Shown one piece after another: positions 52,999 through 62,763 of a stretch of 64,000 nucleotides of DNA (position 1 is its first letter; every line of letters starts with the position of its first letter). This stretch comes from an uncultured Holophagales bacterium. Lineage in GTDB: Bacteria; Acidobacteriota; Thermoanaerobaculia; Multivoradales; UBA5704. Under the pieces are notes generated by a model. That model was not told where the DNA came from, searched no databases, and saw only the letters and a list, made by a program, of their open reading frames with translations. Both the position numbers and the translations under genes were made by a program. Location: contig CAWJGT010000009.1 in assembly GCA_963842525.1 (NCBI GenBank), forward strand, positions 1,440,001-1,504,000, written 5' to 3'.

Positions 52999-53370
52999 CT
53001 ACTCGCCCTCGGTCTCCTCTTCGCACGCGAGGAGGTCATCGTTGGAGATGACCCAGCCTTCCTGGCCGCTGCAGATGTCGACGTCGGCGACGACGCACTC
53101 GTCGCCGTCCTCGTCGACCAGCTTGATGTCGTAGCTGTCGCAGGGGATGCTGTGGAGCTCAAAGGTGCCGCCGGGCTCGATGACGTCGTCGCCGAGCTGG
53201 TCCGCACCCCACTTCTCGTTCTCCGTGGGCGACAGGAAGAGATGGTGGATCTCCCAGTCGGACTTGTTCTTGAGGACCACCTTGTTGCCAGCGGCCTCGG
53301 CAACGGATGCGAGCAGAGCAGCGGCGCAGACGAGCGCGGTGCAGGCCGAGGCCATGCCAATCTTCTTCAT
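52999..53370 (-). CDS. Small secreted Cys-containing beta protein
   Basis: AAGGAG SD; signal peptide; NKSDWEIHHLFLSP..WGADQLG..YDIKLVDEDGDEC. Confidence 0.8.
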   Translation of the reverse strand: MKKIGMASACTALVCAAALLASVAEAAGNKVVLKNKSDWEIHHLFLSPTENEKWGADQLGDDVIEPGGTFELHSIPCDSYDIKLVDEDGDECVVADVDICSGQEGWVISNDDLLACEEETEGE

Positions 53371-53469
53371 TGATTTCTCCTTTTGAAAACCTGGGGACGA
53401 GCGGATCGTACCATAGGGGCGTTCTGCCCGCGGTATAGTGCGCCCCAGCTTCCGAAGGAGAGCCCTGTA

Positions 53470-56157
53470 ATGCGTCAAAACCGTTTCCGCCGCGCCACGC
53501 CTGCCCTGATGATCCTTCTGCTCGCCATGCTCCTCGTCCCGGTTCCGGGGGCCGCCGCCCCTCCCGAAGGAGGGGACGAGGGAGGAAAGACCCTCGCGGA
53601 CACCGTCCGCGGGGCCGAGAAGCTCCCCGGCCTCGTGACCTTCTACCGTGCCCCGGGCAAGCTCTGGCTCGAGGTGCCGCAGGACCTTCTCGGCGACCAG
53701 CTCGGCCTGGCCGTGATCCTGGTCGACGCCGCCGGGGACTGGATGCCGCGCGGGCAGACGTTCGACAACTCCGTGGTCACCTGGGAACGCCAGGGAGACC
53801 GGCTGGTCCTGAAGAAGGACAACCTCGACTTCCGGACTGCCGAGGGCTCGCTCCTGCGTCCGACCGTCGAGGCGACCTTTCCGGCGTCGCCGGTCTTCCT
53901 GGGCGATCTGACGCCGCTGACCGACCGGCCCGCGCCGAACCTGGTGGACGCGAAGAAGCTCTTCAGCCAGGACCTGGCCGCCCTGCTGCCGCCCGAATCC
54001 GGATTCGCGGCCTCGCCCGAGGACTCCACCCTGGTCTCGCTCTCGGCCCTCCCGGACAACGTGGTCGCCCGGGTCTCGTACCGTTTCCGCCGCCAGGAGC
54101 GGGGCGGCGGCGAACAGGGACGCGGGTTCCGCAACGCCCGGGCCAGCCGGCTCGCGGATCCCCGCTTCCTCGAAGCGCTGGTCGAATACCACTTCTTCCG
54201 CCTGCCCGACGACGGCTACCGGCCGCGCAAGGCGGACGAGCGGATCGGTACCTTCGTCGAGTCTTACAAGGACTACACGGACATCGACCGGCGGGACTCC
54301 GCCTTCCGCCATATCTCCGAGCGCTGGGACATCCGCCCGTCGGACCCCTCCAAGCCGGTCTCCCCGGCCGTCGAGCCTGTCACCTTCTACGTCGACCACG
54401 GCGTTCCGGCGGAGTGGCGGCCTCTGGTCCACGAGGCGACGCTCTGGTGGAACCGGGCCTTCGAGAAAGTCGGCATCAGCAACGCCATCCGGGTCCTCGA
54501 CCGGCCGGACGACCCCAAATGGGACCCGGCAGACCTCCATCACTCGGTCATCTGGTGGAACCTGACCGACGACCTGAACTTCTCCGGCATGGCCGGCCCG
54601 AGCATCAGCGACCCGCGCACCGGCAAGGTCCTCAAGGCCAACGTCTGGATCAACGGCGAGTTCCCCTCCTTCGCCCTGCACCGCTACCTGGTCTATGCCT
54701 GGTGGCGGGCGCCGGAGCCGGGGGCCGAGGCGGGCTTTGCCGCCGGGCTGGCCGCGGAGCGCACCGAGGCGCTGCGGCACCTGCGGCGGGACCGGCAGTT
54801 CTGCGACCGTGCGGCCTCGTTCTCCAGCCAGATGGCCTTCGCCCGGCTGGTGCTCCAGTCGCGGGGCATCCTGAAGCCGGGCACGCCGGAGGCTGACCGC
54901 TTCGCCCGCGAGGCCTTCAAGGAGCTGATCGCCCACGAGGTGGGCCACGCCCTCGGCTTCCCGCACAACTGGAAGGCGAGCCTGCTCGCCAGCCGCGAGG
55001 CGGTCGCGTCCGGCAAGCTGACCGGCCGGGCTTCGAGCGGGCTCTTCGCCACCTCGGTGATGGACTACAACCCGATCTATCTCGCCCCCAAGGGCGCTCC
55101 GCAGGGCGACTACTTCCTCCAGGAGGTCGGGCCCTACGACGATCTCGCCATCGAGTACCTCTACCGGCCGTTTCCCAGCCTGTCGCCGGAGCAGGAGGCT
55201 CGCGAGCTCGACAAGATCGCTGCGCGGGCCGAGACCCAGCCCGGCCTGATCTACGACAGCGGCGAGCTCAACGACATCGATCCGACGACGAACTCCGACG
55301 ACTTCGGAGACGACCCGCTCGCCTTCGCCGAAACGCGCCTGAGCATCCTGCGCCACGAGGTGCTGCCGCGCCTGCCCGAGCTGGTCCTGGAGGAGGGGCA
55401 TGACTACAACATCCTCCGGCAGGCCCTCGACTCGGCCATCTTTTCGGTGGCCATGGATTACATCGACATGAGCGCCCGCCAGGTCGGCGGCCAGATCGTC
55501 CTGCGGCGTGTCGCAACCTCCCCGGCCGCGGCAAAGGGCGGACCGCTGCCGGTCACCCCGGTGACCCCGGATATCCAGCGGCGGGCTCTGAAGGTGCTCG
55601 ACGAGCAGGTCTTCGCCGACGGTGCCTTCGCCTTCCCTCCGGAGACGCTGGCCGCGCTCAAGGCCGACCTCCTCTTCGACTGGAACTACCCCTGGCGGTA
55701 TGCGAGCGACTACAACGTCGCGACCCGCATCGCCGGGCTGTACGACTCGGCGATCGGCACCCTGCTCCAGCCGGCCCGCCTGGCCCGGGTGCTCGACAAC
55801 GAGCGCCGCACCCAGGGCAAACCCTTCACCATCCCCGAGCTGTTCGGACACCTGGAGGCCACAGCCTTCGGCGACCTCGGCCCGTCAGCGAAGCTCTCCC
55901 AGGACCGCCGCTCGCTGCAAAGGCTGCTGGTGACGCATCTCACGAAGCTGGCCCTGACTCCCGAGCAGGGCACACCCGCCGAGGCCTCGCAGGTCGCGGC
56001 CTCGACCCTGCGCTCCATCAACCGCAGGATCGGCAAGGCCCTGCCCAAGACCGCGACCAGCGCGATGGACGGCTACACCCGGGCGCATCTGGAGGATCTG
56101 GACGCGCGCATCCGGAGGACGCTGGAAGCGGGGACGGAGGTGCCGGCGGGGAGCTGA
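53470..56157 (+). CDS. Secreted zinc-dependent metalloprotease (DUF5117/DUF4953, EcxA-like)
   Basis: Signal peptide; PRKADERIG, DPRTGKVL, HEVGHALGFPHN, SVMDY, GPYDDLAIEY. Confidence 0.92.
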   Translation: MRQNRFRRATPALMILLLAMLLVPVPGAAAPPEGGDEGGKTLADTVRGAEKLPGLVTFYRAPGKLWLEVPQDLLGDQLGLAVILVDAAGDWMPRGQTFDNSVVTWERQGDRLVLKKDNLDFRTAEGSLLRPTVEATFPASPVFLGDLTPLTDRPAPNLVDAKKLFSQDLAALLPPESGFAASPEDSTLVSLSALPDNVVARVSYRFRRQERGGGEQGRGFRNARASRLADPRFLEALVEYHFFRLPDDGYRPRKADERIGTFVESYKDYTDIDRRDSAFRHISERWDIRPSDPSKPVSPAVEPVTFYVDHGVPAEWRPLVHEATLWWNRAFEKVGISNAIRVLDRPDDPKWDPADLHHSVIWWNLTDDLNFSGMAGPSISDPRTGKVLKANVWINGEFPSFALHRYLVYAWWRAPEPGAEAGFAAGLAAERTEALRHLRRDRQFCDRAASFSSQMAFARLVLQSRGILKPGTPEADRFAREAFKELIAHEVGHALGFPHNWKASLLASREAVASGKLTGRASSGLFATSVMDYNPIYLAPKGAPQGDYFLQEVGPYDDLAIEYLYRPFPSLSPEQEARELDKIAARAETQPGLIYDSGELNDIDPTTNSDDFGDDPLAFAETRLSILRHEVLPRLPELVLEEGHDYNILRQALDSAIFSVAMDYIDMSARQVGGQIVLRRVATSPAAAKGGPLPVTPVTPDIQRRALKVLDEQVFADGAFAFPPETLAALKADLLFDWNYPWRYASDYNVATRIAGLYDSAIGTLLQPARLARVLDNERRTQGKPFTIPELFGHLEATAFGDLGPSAKLSQDRRSLQRLLVTHLTKLALTPEQGTPAEASQVAASTLRSINRRIGKALPKTATSAMDGYTRAHLEDLDARIRRTLEAGTEVPAGS

Positions 56158-56227
56158 GCGGGAAAGCCGCAGCCGGCAGCCTTGCGGCCGGACACGTTGC
56201 GGCAGAAGGCTGCGAAGTCCTTTTGAT

Positions 56228-56998
56228 TCACTGCTGACCGCTCACCTCCTGCGAGGGGCAGATGATGAGGTGATTGAGAAGAGCAGAATGGATGTCGAGG
56301 CCTGGGTTGGTCTGGTTGCAATCAATGGATCCGCCGCCGCAGTTCTCGGCGTATTGCCAGAGGAGCACGTTGCAGGGCAGCTTGACGGCGGGCATCACGA
56401 CGGAGTCATCCCAGTCGGTCATCTCGCAACTGTTATAGTAGTAGCGCGCGACCCACACACCATTGCACTGGACGCCCGCGTCGGCGGCGGCCACGAGGGC
56501 GTTCCAGGTCTGGTCATCTCCCTGCCGTGCGTAAATGCACGGGAGGATGGTCACGGCGTTGTTCGAAGAGCTACGGCTGTAGCTCACGAGCGTCTGCGCC
56601 CAGCCGGTGTAATAGCTTTGCGAAAGCGAGGGGCTGCCGGCCGAGGGGCTCCCCTCCACGTCGAGAAAGAGAAAGATCTCTCCGCCCTGTGCGGCGAGGC
56701 ATTGCGTACCGAACGTGTCGAAGATGTCGTCCACGTTCGCCTGCGCGTCGGAGGTGCCCTGCTGCGCGCTGCCGGCGACGTTTGTCGTCTGACGGGCGAT
56801 GGGTAGCAGGCGGATACCTGCCTGCGCAAGCACCGGGTTTTCCTCGGCGTGGCGGTACTCGGTGGAGCCAGGCGTCGTGGGGCTTGTGAAATAGCGCCCC
56901 CAGAGAATGGGTGTCTCGCCAAACAACTGTGTCGCTGCCTGGATCAAGCTCGCCGTTACAGGTGTCGAGCTGTCGGCGCCGGCTGAACCTCGTGCCAT
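56228..56998 (-). CDS. GH25-like/DUF1906 putative peptidoglycan hydrolase
   Basis: GADS, WGRYF, LFLDVEG, WVARY, LWQYAE, IDCN; GGAGGAG SD. Confidence 0.75.
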   Translation of the reverse strand: MARGSAGADSSTPVTASLIQAATQLFGETPILWGRYFTSPTTPGSTEYRHAEENPVLAQAGIRLLPIARQTTNVAGSAQQGTSDAQANVDDIFDTFGTQCLAAQGGEIFLFLDVEGSPSAGSPSLSQSYYTGWAQTLVSYSRSSSNNAVTILPCIYARQGDDQTWNALVAAADAGVQCNGVWVARYYYNSCEMTDWDDSVVMPAVKLPCNVLLWQYAENCGGGSIDCNQTNPGLDIHSALLNHLIICPSQEVSGQQ

Positions 56999-57166
56999 CG
57001 CTTCTCCTCCTTTATCGGACGTGGGGGGGCCAGGTCTCATCGTCTTGAACGTCTCATGGTCACAGATCGTGAATTTTGAGCGGCGGTGCAGTAGAGATTC
57101 CCGGCGATTTCACAATCGCCAATTCGGCAGCGTCACTTTGGGAAAAATCTGACGCGCCCCTGCCAA

Positions 57167-58399
57167 ATGGCTCCGTGGTGCATTGAAGGAGCTCTCGTGC
57201 ACACCACCGATATTGCATCCGCTCCCTGGACCGCTCTGGCCGAGCTCGAGTGGGCCTCCGGCCGTCCAACCGAAACGGTCGCGGCGCTGGAGAAAGCTCT
57301 CGCCCTCCATCCCACGGATGTCGCGGCGCTGACGCTCGGCTTCGAAGCCTTGCGGCTCCTGGGCCGTTCGTCCGAAGCCTGGCGGCGTAACGCCATGGCC
57401 CTGGAGGTGGACAACTCGAATCCTCCAGCCCTGGAACGCCAATTTGCTGCGCGCGCCCGCCACGCCGGAGGCCGGCTTGTGCCGGAAGACAGCGCGTGGC
57501 GCGCGGTCGAGCATCTGGCTCGGACTCGTGCGTCGGCACGAAGTCTCCTGAGCTTTTTCCGTGTCTGTAGCGGCGATCTCGCGGGAACTGGAGAGATGGC
57601 CGCCTTTGTGGCGGAGCGGCCGCGGAATCCCCAGGCCCGGATCGAGCGCGCCCGGCTGCGGGATGCTCTCGACCGTCCCCTCGCCGCGCTCCAGGACATT
57701 GACGCAGGCCGGGCTCTCCTGCCTTGGTGTCGTGAGTTGGACCTGCTCGCCTGCCGCATCTCGCTCCGTGGCGGTCTGCCTGGGCGCGCACTCCAGGAAT
57801 GCGAAAACCTGCTGGCCCGCTACGGCGACGCCTGGGACACCACTTCGACCGCGGCCTGGGCCCTGGCCAACCTTGGCCGGACAGGCCGTGCGGCCGAGCT
57901 GTCGCAAGCGACAGTGGAGCGACAGGCCGCCGCCCTGCCGGCAGCCTGGCTCGAGCACGGCCGGGTGCTCGCCCGCTGCGATCGCCTGCGGGAAGCCGTT
58001 GCAGCGACAGAAGTGGGCTGGTGTCTCCTCCCAGAAGGCGACGGCTTCGACCTGGCCGCTCCTGCCGCGCTCGATCTGCTCGTGCTCCATCGGCGCCTCA
58101 AATCCCCCGGGCAGGCCCGCTATTGGGCTCTCCAGGGCCTGGACATGTGTGCCGCGCTGGGCGAGCTCGATCCGGTGCGGGCGCACATCTTCCGGGGCTG
58201 GATCCAGGCGGAGCCGGCTCGGCGGCCGTGCCGCCCAGCGCCGACCCCGCGGATACTATGCCGTCTTTCCTGCGAATCGAAAAACGGCGACTTCTCACAA
58301 CTCAACTGTCTGAAGCGTCTTTTGGATGACACACCGGTTCCGCAGATCGCACGAATTGCGACTGGAGGGCGTTTCGAGAGCGGCCTGATCAATGGCTGA
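57167..58399 (+). CDS. TPR-repeat protein (ends uncertain)
   Basis: LEKALALHPTD, AWLEHGRVLARC and similar TPR-like helices. Confidence 0.6.
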   Translation: MAPWCIEGALVHTTDIASAPWTALAELEWASGRPTETVAALEKALALHPTDVAALTLGFEALRLLGRSSEAWRRNAMALEVDNSNPPALERQFAARARHAGGRLVPEDSAWRAVEHLARTRASARSLLSFFRVCSGDLAGTGEMAAFVAERPRNPQARIERARLRDALDRPLAALQDIDAGRALLPWCRELDLLACRISLRGGLPGRALQECENLLARYGDAWDTTSTAAWALANLGRTGRAAELSQATVERQAAALPAAWLEHGRVLARCDRLREAVAATEVGWCLLPEGDGFDLAAPAALDLLVLHRRLKSPGQARYWALQGLDMCAALGELDPVRAHIFRGWIQAEPARRPCRPAPTPRILCRLSCESKNGDFSQLNCLKRLLDDTPVPQIARIATGGRFESGLING

Positions 58400-58463
58400 G
58401 ATCCAGACCGCTCGCCCTCCAGTCCTAATCACCGACTCAGCCGTGAAAGGAAGCGAAACGTTC

Positions 58464-59087
58464 ATGTCGCAGCTCACGATCATCAATGACAGCACCGATC
58501 TCGTCCGCATCGCCATCTACAAGAAGCCCGTGCTCCAGCCCACCCTGCAAACCATCGCCTGGCAGATCGTGGCTCCGCCGCCGGGAGGGCAGACAGTCGT
58601 TCCAATCCCCGAAGACTACCAGGCCTTCGCCCAGTACTCGTTGGACCTCAACAATCCCAATCCCACCAATCCCAACATCACCGTGTATCAGACCAACGTC
58701 CTTCCCTTCAATGAGACGTCGGCCCGCTTTATCATCAGCTCGGTGCTCTCGCAGGACACACAATCATCGGGAGCGGTCCTCGCCCAGGTCTTCACCGACC
58801 TCGTCCTCAACGAAGTGCGTATGGAAAACAACTTCGGGATTGGCGTGTTGAGCCATATCCAGAAGGCTGGCCAGGATATCTATGCACCGCAAGTGCTGTG
58901 GCCCGGCGGCGTGAGGATGGAGGACCTCCGGACGACCTTCTATCTTGCCGTGGTCGGCCAGTTCCAGTACCAGGGAAGCAACTTGGTGGACGAGGAGACC
59001 CAGATGACGGAGACCCCCATTCTGGAGGGCGGCACGGCAACGGTGACCGGCTCGATGTGGAAGGGCTATTCCATCACCACCACGTAA
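58464..59087 (+). CDS. Uncharacterised beta-rich protein, paralog of 60002-60856 (possibly RhiA-like)
   Basis: AAAGGAAG SD; LTIINDS..IAIYKKP..IAWQIV; colinear with the paralog. Confidence 0.75.
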   Translation: MSQLTIINDSTDLVRIAIYKKPVLQPTLQTIAWQIVAPPPGGQTVVPIPEDYQAFAQYSLDLNNPNPTNPNITVYQTNVLPFNETSARFIISSVLSQDTQSSGAVLAQVFTDLVLNEVRMENNFGIGVLSHIQKAGQDIYAPQVLWPGGVRMEDLRTTFYLAVVGQFQYQGSNLVDEETQMTETPILEGGTATVTGSMWKGYSITTT

Positions 59088-59210
59088 TGACGCAATCACA
59101 CCCGGGCCACCCACGGGCTCGCCCGGGACGCATCGGCACGTACGGGCACGGCGCATTCGATTCTTCGGGATCCTGGCGCCGTGCCATTTTTTGAAAGGAG
59201 AAACACTCCC

Positions 59211-59948
59211 ATGGCAAGCGATCCCACCACTCCTCCGAATTCCTCTGCTGACAGCGATGCGACGCAGGCCTCTCCCACGCCCACGCTGCCTGTCAGTCTC
59301 CCCGATCCCATTTCATGGAATCCCTTCCAGTCCTCCCCCTCACCTCCGTCTGTCACTGCTCCGGACCCGGCTGGAGCCGATTCTTCTTCGCAGGCCTCGA
59401 CCGACGCCGGCACGGCATCAGCTTCCCCCACGGACACCTCACCCAGCCTTCCAGATCCCTTTGCATCCGATCCATTCCAAACCTCGCCCAGTACCACACC
59501 TGCTTCCGGCACTATGAGCACCCCGCAGACCGGAGTCTGGTTCAACAACCTCGACCCACAGTTCCTCATCCAATGGTCGCTCCAGGAGGTGCACGATCCG
59601 CAGCTCGCGGCCCAAGCCTCTTCCCAGGCAGCGCCTCCCGCCACCTGCAAGGCTTGCGTTCGCATTTTCCAGGAGGTTTTCCAGACGACTCTTGCGGCAA
59701 CTCGCCCCGTAGTCCCGTTCAGCCTCCGTGATGCCGTCTCCCCATTTCCCTACCTCCAGGGCAGCCTGGTTCTGCTCCAGCAGCCGTCCAATCCACCTGT
59801 GCTGCTGGTGAAGAATTTGAAATTCTCCGGATTTCAACAGGCTCAGGTCGTGCTCTTCCCCTCGCTTATGGACACACCGGGAGGGGAGAGCGGCGCAAAG
59901 GGTGGGGCCGGAGTTCCTGCCGGGAGTGGCAACGAGAGCGGCGGGTGA
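59211..59948 (+). CDS. Pro/Ser/Thr-rich hypothetical protein with a small C-terminal domain (CKAC)
   Basis: AAAGGAG SD; low-complexity N-terminal half. Confidence 0.7.
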   Translation: MASDPTTPPNSSADSDATQASPTPTLPVSLPDPISWNPFQSSPSPPSVTAPDPAGADSSSQASTDAGTASASPTDTSPSLPDPFASDPFQTSPSTTPASGTMSTPQTGVWFNNLDPQFLIQWSLQEVHDPQLAAQASSQAAPPATCKACVRIFQEVFQTTLAATRPVVPFSLRDAVSPFPYLQGSLVLLQQPSNPPVLLVKNLKFSGFQQAQVVLFPSLMDTPGGESGAKGGAGVPAGSGNESGG

Positions 59949-60001
59949 GCGGCTAGAAAACAGCGTGGAAAGATGGCTCGCTTCAGCCGAGGAGGGGAAA
60001 C

Positions 60002-60856
60002 ATGAAGCTCGAGATCGCCAACGAGACGAGTGGAATCGTACACATCGCGCTCTACAAGAGATCGCCGCTCCGGCCATCGGAGCCTGTCGTGGCCTGGACC
60101 ATCGTGTCTCCACCTCCCCGGGGGCGTGCCATCTTTTCGATTCCCAGGGATTATCGGGTCCTTGCTCGCTACTCCTTTTCTCCTGAAGATTCCCAGCAAC
60201 CGATCTACCAGACTAATATCCTCTCCCTGCGACGGAACCATGACAGCCTTGCCATCCGAGAGATCAGACTGGGCCGTTCGGCTTGGGGGGCCATCTTGGC
60301 TCGCAACGTACGGGAGCCAGGATTGGGAGAGCTCCGGATCGAAAACGATTTCTCGACCGGCATATGGTGCTACGTCCAACTCGGCGAGCACGATATCTAC
60401 CTTCCTCGCCCCCTTCCTCCCCACGGAGTGCTGATAGACTCCTTGGCCGCCCCCTTCTTCCTCGCTGTTGTCAGCCCGCTGGTCCATGTGGGAGTGCCTC
60501 TAGCAGAGGAGGAGATCCGCGCGACCGAGGTCGCGGCTGGCGAGGGTGGAGTTTTTACCATTCACAGCACCACCACTCAAAGATACCGGATCAATCCAGG
60601 TGCTCCGCACCATGCGGAGCGGGTCACGCGACCGAAAAAGGAAGCTGCTTCAGTACGTACGAAGCGAACCAAGACGCTCCAAAAGGCCAGTATGCCATTT
60701 CCGGCCCAAACCAAGAAAACGCTGCAAGCTTCGAAAGAAAAAAGGGGACGAACCACGCCGAAAGCGGAAGTCAAGGAGCAAGCGACGGAGAAGGAGCAGG
60801 TAAGGAAGCCGGCGAGTCGTCGACGCAGGCGCGAGAAGACCAAGGAAGCCTCATAG
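60002..60856 (+). CDS. Paralog of 58464-59087 with a Lys/Arg-rich C-terminal tail
   Basis: GGAGGGG SD; LEIANET..IALYKRSP..VAWTIV, YQTNIL, ELRIENDF, FFLAVV. Confidence 0.75.
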   Translation: MKLEIANETSGIVHIALYKRSPLRPSEPVVAWTIVSPPPRGRAIFSIPRDYRVLARYSFSPEDSQQPIYQTNILSLRRNHDSLAIREIRLGRSAWGAILARNVREPGLGELRIENDFSTGIWCYVQLGEHDIYLPRPLPPHGVLIDSLAAPFFLAVVSPLVHVGVPLAEEEIRATEVAAGEGGVFTIHSTTTQRYRINPGAPHHAERVTRPKKEAASVRTKRTKTLQKASMPFPAQTKKTLQASKEKRGRTTPKAEVKEQATEKEQVRKPASRRRRREKTKEAS

Positions 60857-61143
60857 AATCGGCATGAACTGCTAGCAAGCTTCTGAGGACAGGCACTGGC
60901 AAAAGGAGAGGAGCCAGACAGCCTCAACTGCGCTTTCTTCGTAGTAGCGTCGCGGTTAGCCGGGTCCTTGGCAGGCATCTTCGTTTCGTTCTAAGAAAGA
61001 ACTATCCTTCTTTTGGCCTTGCCTACATGAGAGACATTCAATTATCGGCCCGTACAAGAAGCTACCGGAGGTGGAGGTCGCCGCGATTCTGGCCTGGGGG
61101 AGAATCCTTCAGACGGAGTCGAGTCGATCCAATGACAGTGGTG

Positions 61144-61260
61144 GCGAGCCGCCTTTAGGCGGCTCGCAGCCAAGCCGCTTTGAGCGGCTCCTATATTTCA
61201 AGCCTCCGGCTCTGCTGGAGGTCTCTGACTCGAAGCTTTAAACCCCGGCTTTGCTGGGGA
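61144..61260. repeat. Cluster of four short palindromes resembling REP / IS200-IS605 end hairpins
   Basis: GCGAGCCGCCTTTAGGCGGCTCGC, AGCCGCTTTGAGCGGCT, CCTCCGGCTCTGCTGGAGG, CCCCGGCTTTGCTGGGG. Confidence 0.6.
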
Positions 61261-61364
61261 AAATCCCATGGGACGTCGCTAGAACTTCACGGCCATTAAT
61301 TCTGGGTCTGCTCTCCTTCTGCCATCCAGCATGGCCGGCAGAAGGAAAGCAGATTGGGGAGTTC

Positions 61365-61943
61365 CTAATCGACAGGTGACGTGGCGACTAAAATAAGCCT
61401 ATTTGTGGTACTCGTGGTGTCAACAGAAATGAGTTTCTGCGGCATTTTGCACATGGTATCCCATGCAAATGTATCAATATCCATCATCGTCTTGCCAACG
61501 GCAGTGCGGATCTGCTCTTGTATGTTACCTACGCCTTCCTTGGTGAAATAACCGTATACCGCCAGCAGGGCAATGCTTGTCGGGATTCCAATTTGGATAA
61601 TTTTTCGAATATCTTGCGTAAAAGAAGCCCAACTATTGTCAAGTGCTTTCTGCGCACTTACCTTGTAAGGATTCATGCATTTAAGCTCAACATATGTTAG
61701 ATCTTTGTCAGCGCGGTTCAGACATAAGTCACATCTATAATTGGAGTTCGGTGGAGGATAGGGCTGTTCACGTTGGCAGGAGGTTCCTACCCCCTCAGAA
61801 AAGAAGCATAGGGCAGTCTCTGCTTGGAGCCATCCTTCCCAACCACCTCCAATACCATTTTCGCTGGCGAGGAAGGTGGCTTTCTGTATAACCTCCGGGG
61901 TAAACTCTCTGCTGAGCAGATCGAGCAGGCTTGAGGCGCGCAT
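61365..61943 (-). CDS. AT-rich hypothetical protein with a PD-(D/E)XK-like motif
   Basis: GGAGG SD; GGWEGWLQAE, REQPYP, RCDL, YVELKC; visibly lower GC than its flanks. Confidence 0.65.
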   Translation of the reverse strand: MRASSLLDLLSREFTPEVIQKATFLASENGIGGGWEGWLQAETALCFFSEGVGTSCQREQPYPPPNSNYRCDLCLNRADKDLTYVELKCMNPYKVSAQKALDNSWASFTQDIRKIIQIGIPTSIALLAVYGYFTKEGVGNIQEQIRTAVGKTMMDIDTFAWDTMCKMPQKLISVDTTSTTNRLILVATSPVD

Positions 61944-62260
61944 TACGTTAGAACCTCCATTTGGTTGCAGAGTCTTATTCTCTATAGCGAAAAACGCTGG
62001 AAGACGTATGGCCGTGAAACTCAAAGATTTGCGCACTGGCAATCCCGCGCACTCGCGCCGGATGCCAGGCTGTTGCTCAATTTCTCTCTGGCCTGCGGTG
62101 GCTTTAAGGCATCAAGGAATCTCGCAGTCGGCGCGACATGCCTTACAGGAAGCTCTGTCGCAGGGCGTCTCGAATACACGTCCGCTTGATTACTAGGTTG
62201 ATTTCACAAACCAGTCCGGATCTGCGTTTCCAAGGCACAACTTCGTGAGGAGCCTTTTCC

Positions 62261-62662
62261 ATGACTCGACGTAAGCAGTCTTGCCGCCTCGTCCTCTGTA
62301 GCAGCCTGGTCTTGGCGACTCTGGCGGGTTGCGAGGAGAACTCATCTTCAACCTCGCCCCCACCCGTGCCCTCACCCACAGAAATCGTGAGCATCTTCGT
62401 CGGAGGGCAGTGCCGTGTTGCGGCGAACACGATCGTGTGCCGGGACGCGTCGCGGTCCGAACCCCAGAATCGCCTGACGGCTATCGATTGGGAACTGTTC
62501 AACTCTTCTGGGATCTCCCAGGGGGCCTCGCCGACCGCGCCCGGCGGCGAAGTTTCCTTTACGGGGCTCACCGACGGCAGCTATCAGGTCAATCAAAGAG
62601 TTTCCGCCCGGGACGGTTCGGCGCAGGCAAGGACCTATGGGCCGTTGATCATCAGCCTGTAA
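62261..62662 (+). CDS. Lipoprotein with a PKD/Ig-like domain
   Basis: Lipobox LAGC; DASRSEP..IDW..GSYQVNQRV. Confidence 0.7.
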   Translation: MTRRKQSCRLVLCSSLVLATLAGCEENSSSTSPPPVPSPTEIVSIFVGGQCRVAANTIVCRDASRSEPQNRLTAIDWELFNSSGISQGASPTAPGGEVSFTGLTDGSYQVNQRVSARDGSAQARTYGPLIISL

Positions 62663-62763
62663 GGCCGGGCCTTCGGCCCACTGTCTCGATGATGCCAGCG
62701 AGACGCCGGCGCTTCCTGCGCCGCGCGTCCTCACTTTTGGTGCAGTTGCCCTCCGGGTGACTC

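Noticed and set aside
60577-61100. Minus-strand ORF 60577-60978
   Set aside because: Mostly antisense to 60002-60856, with no SD or motif support
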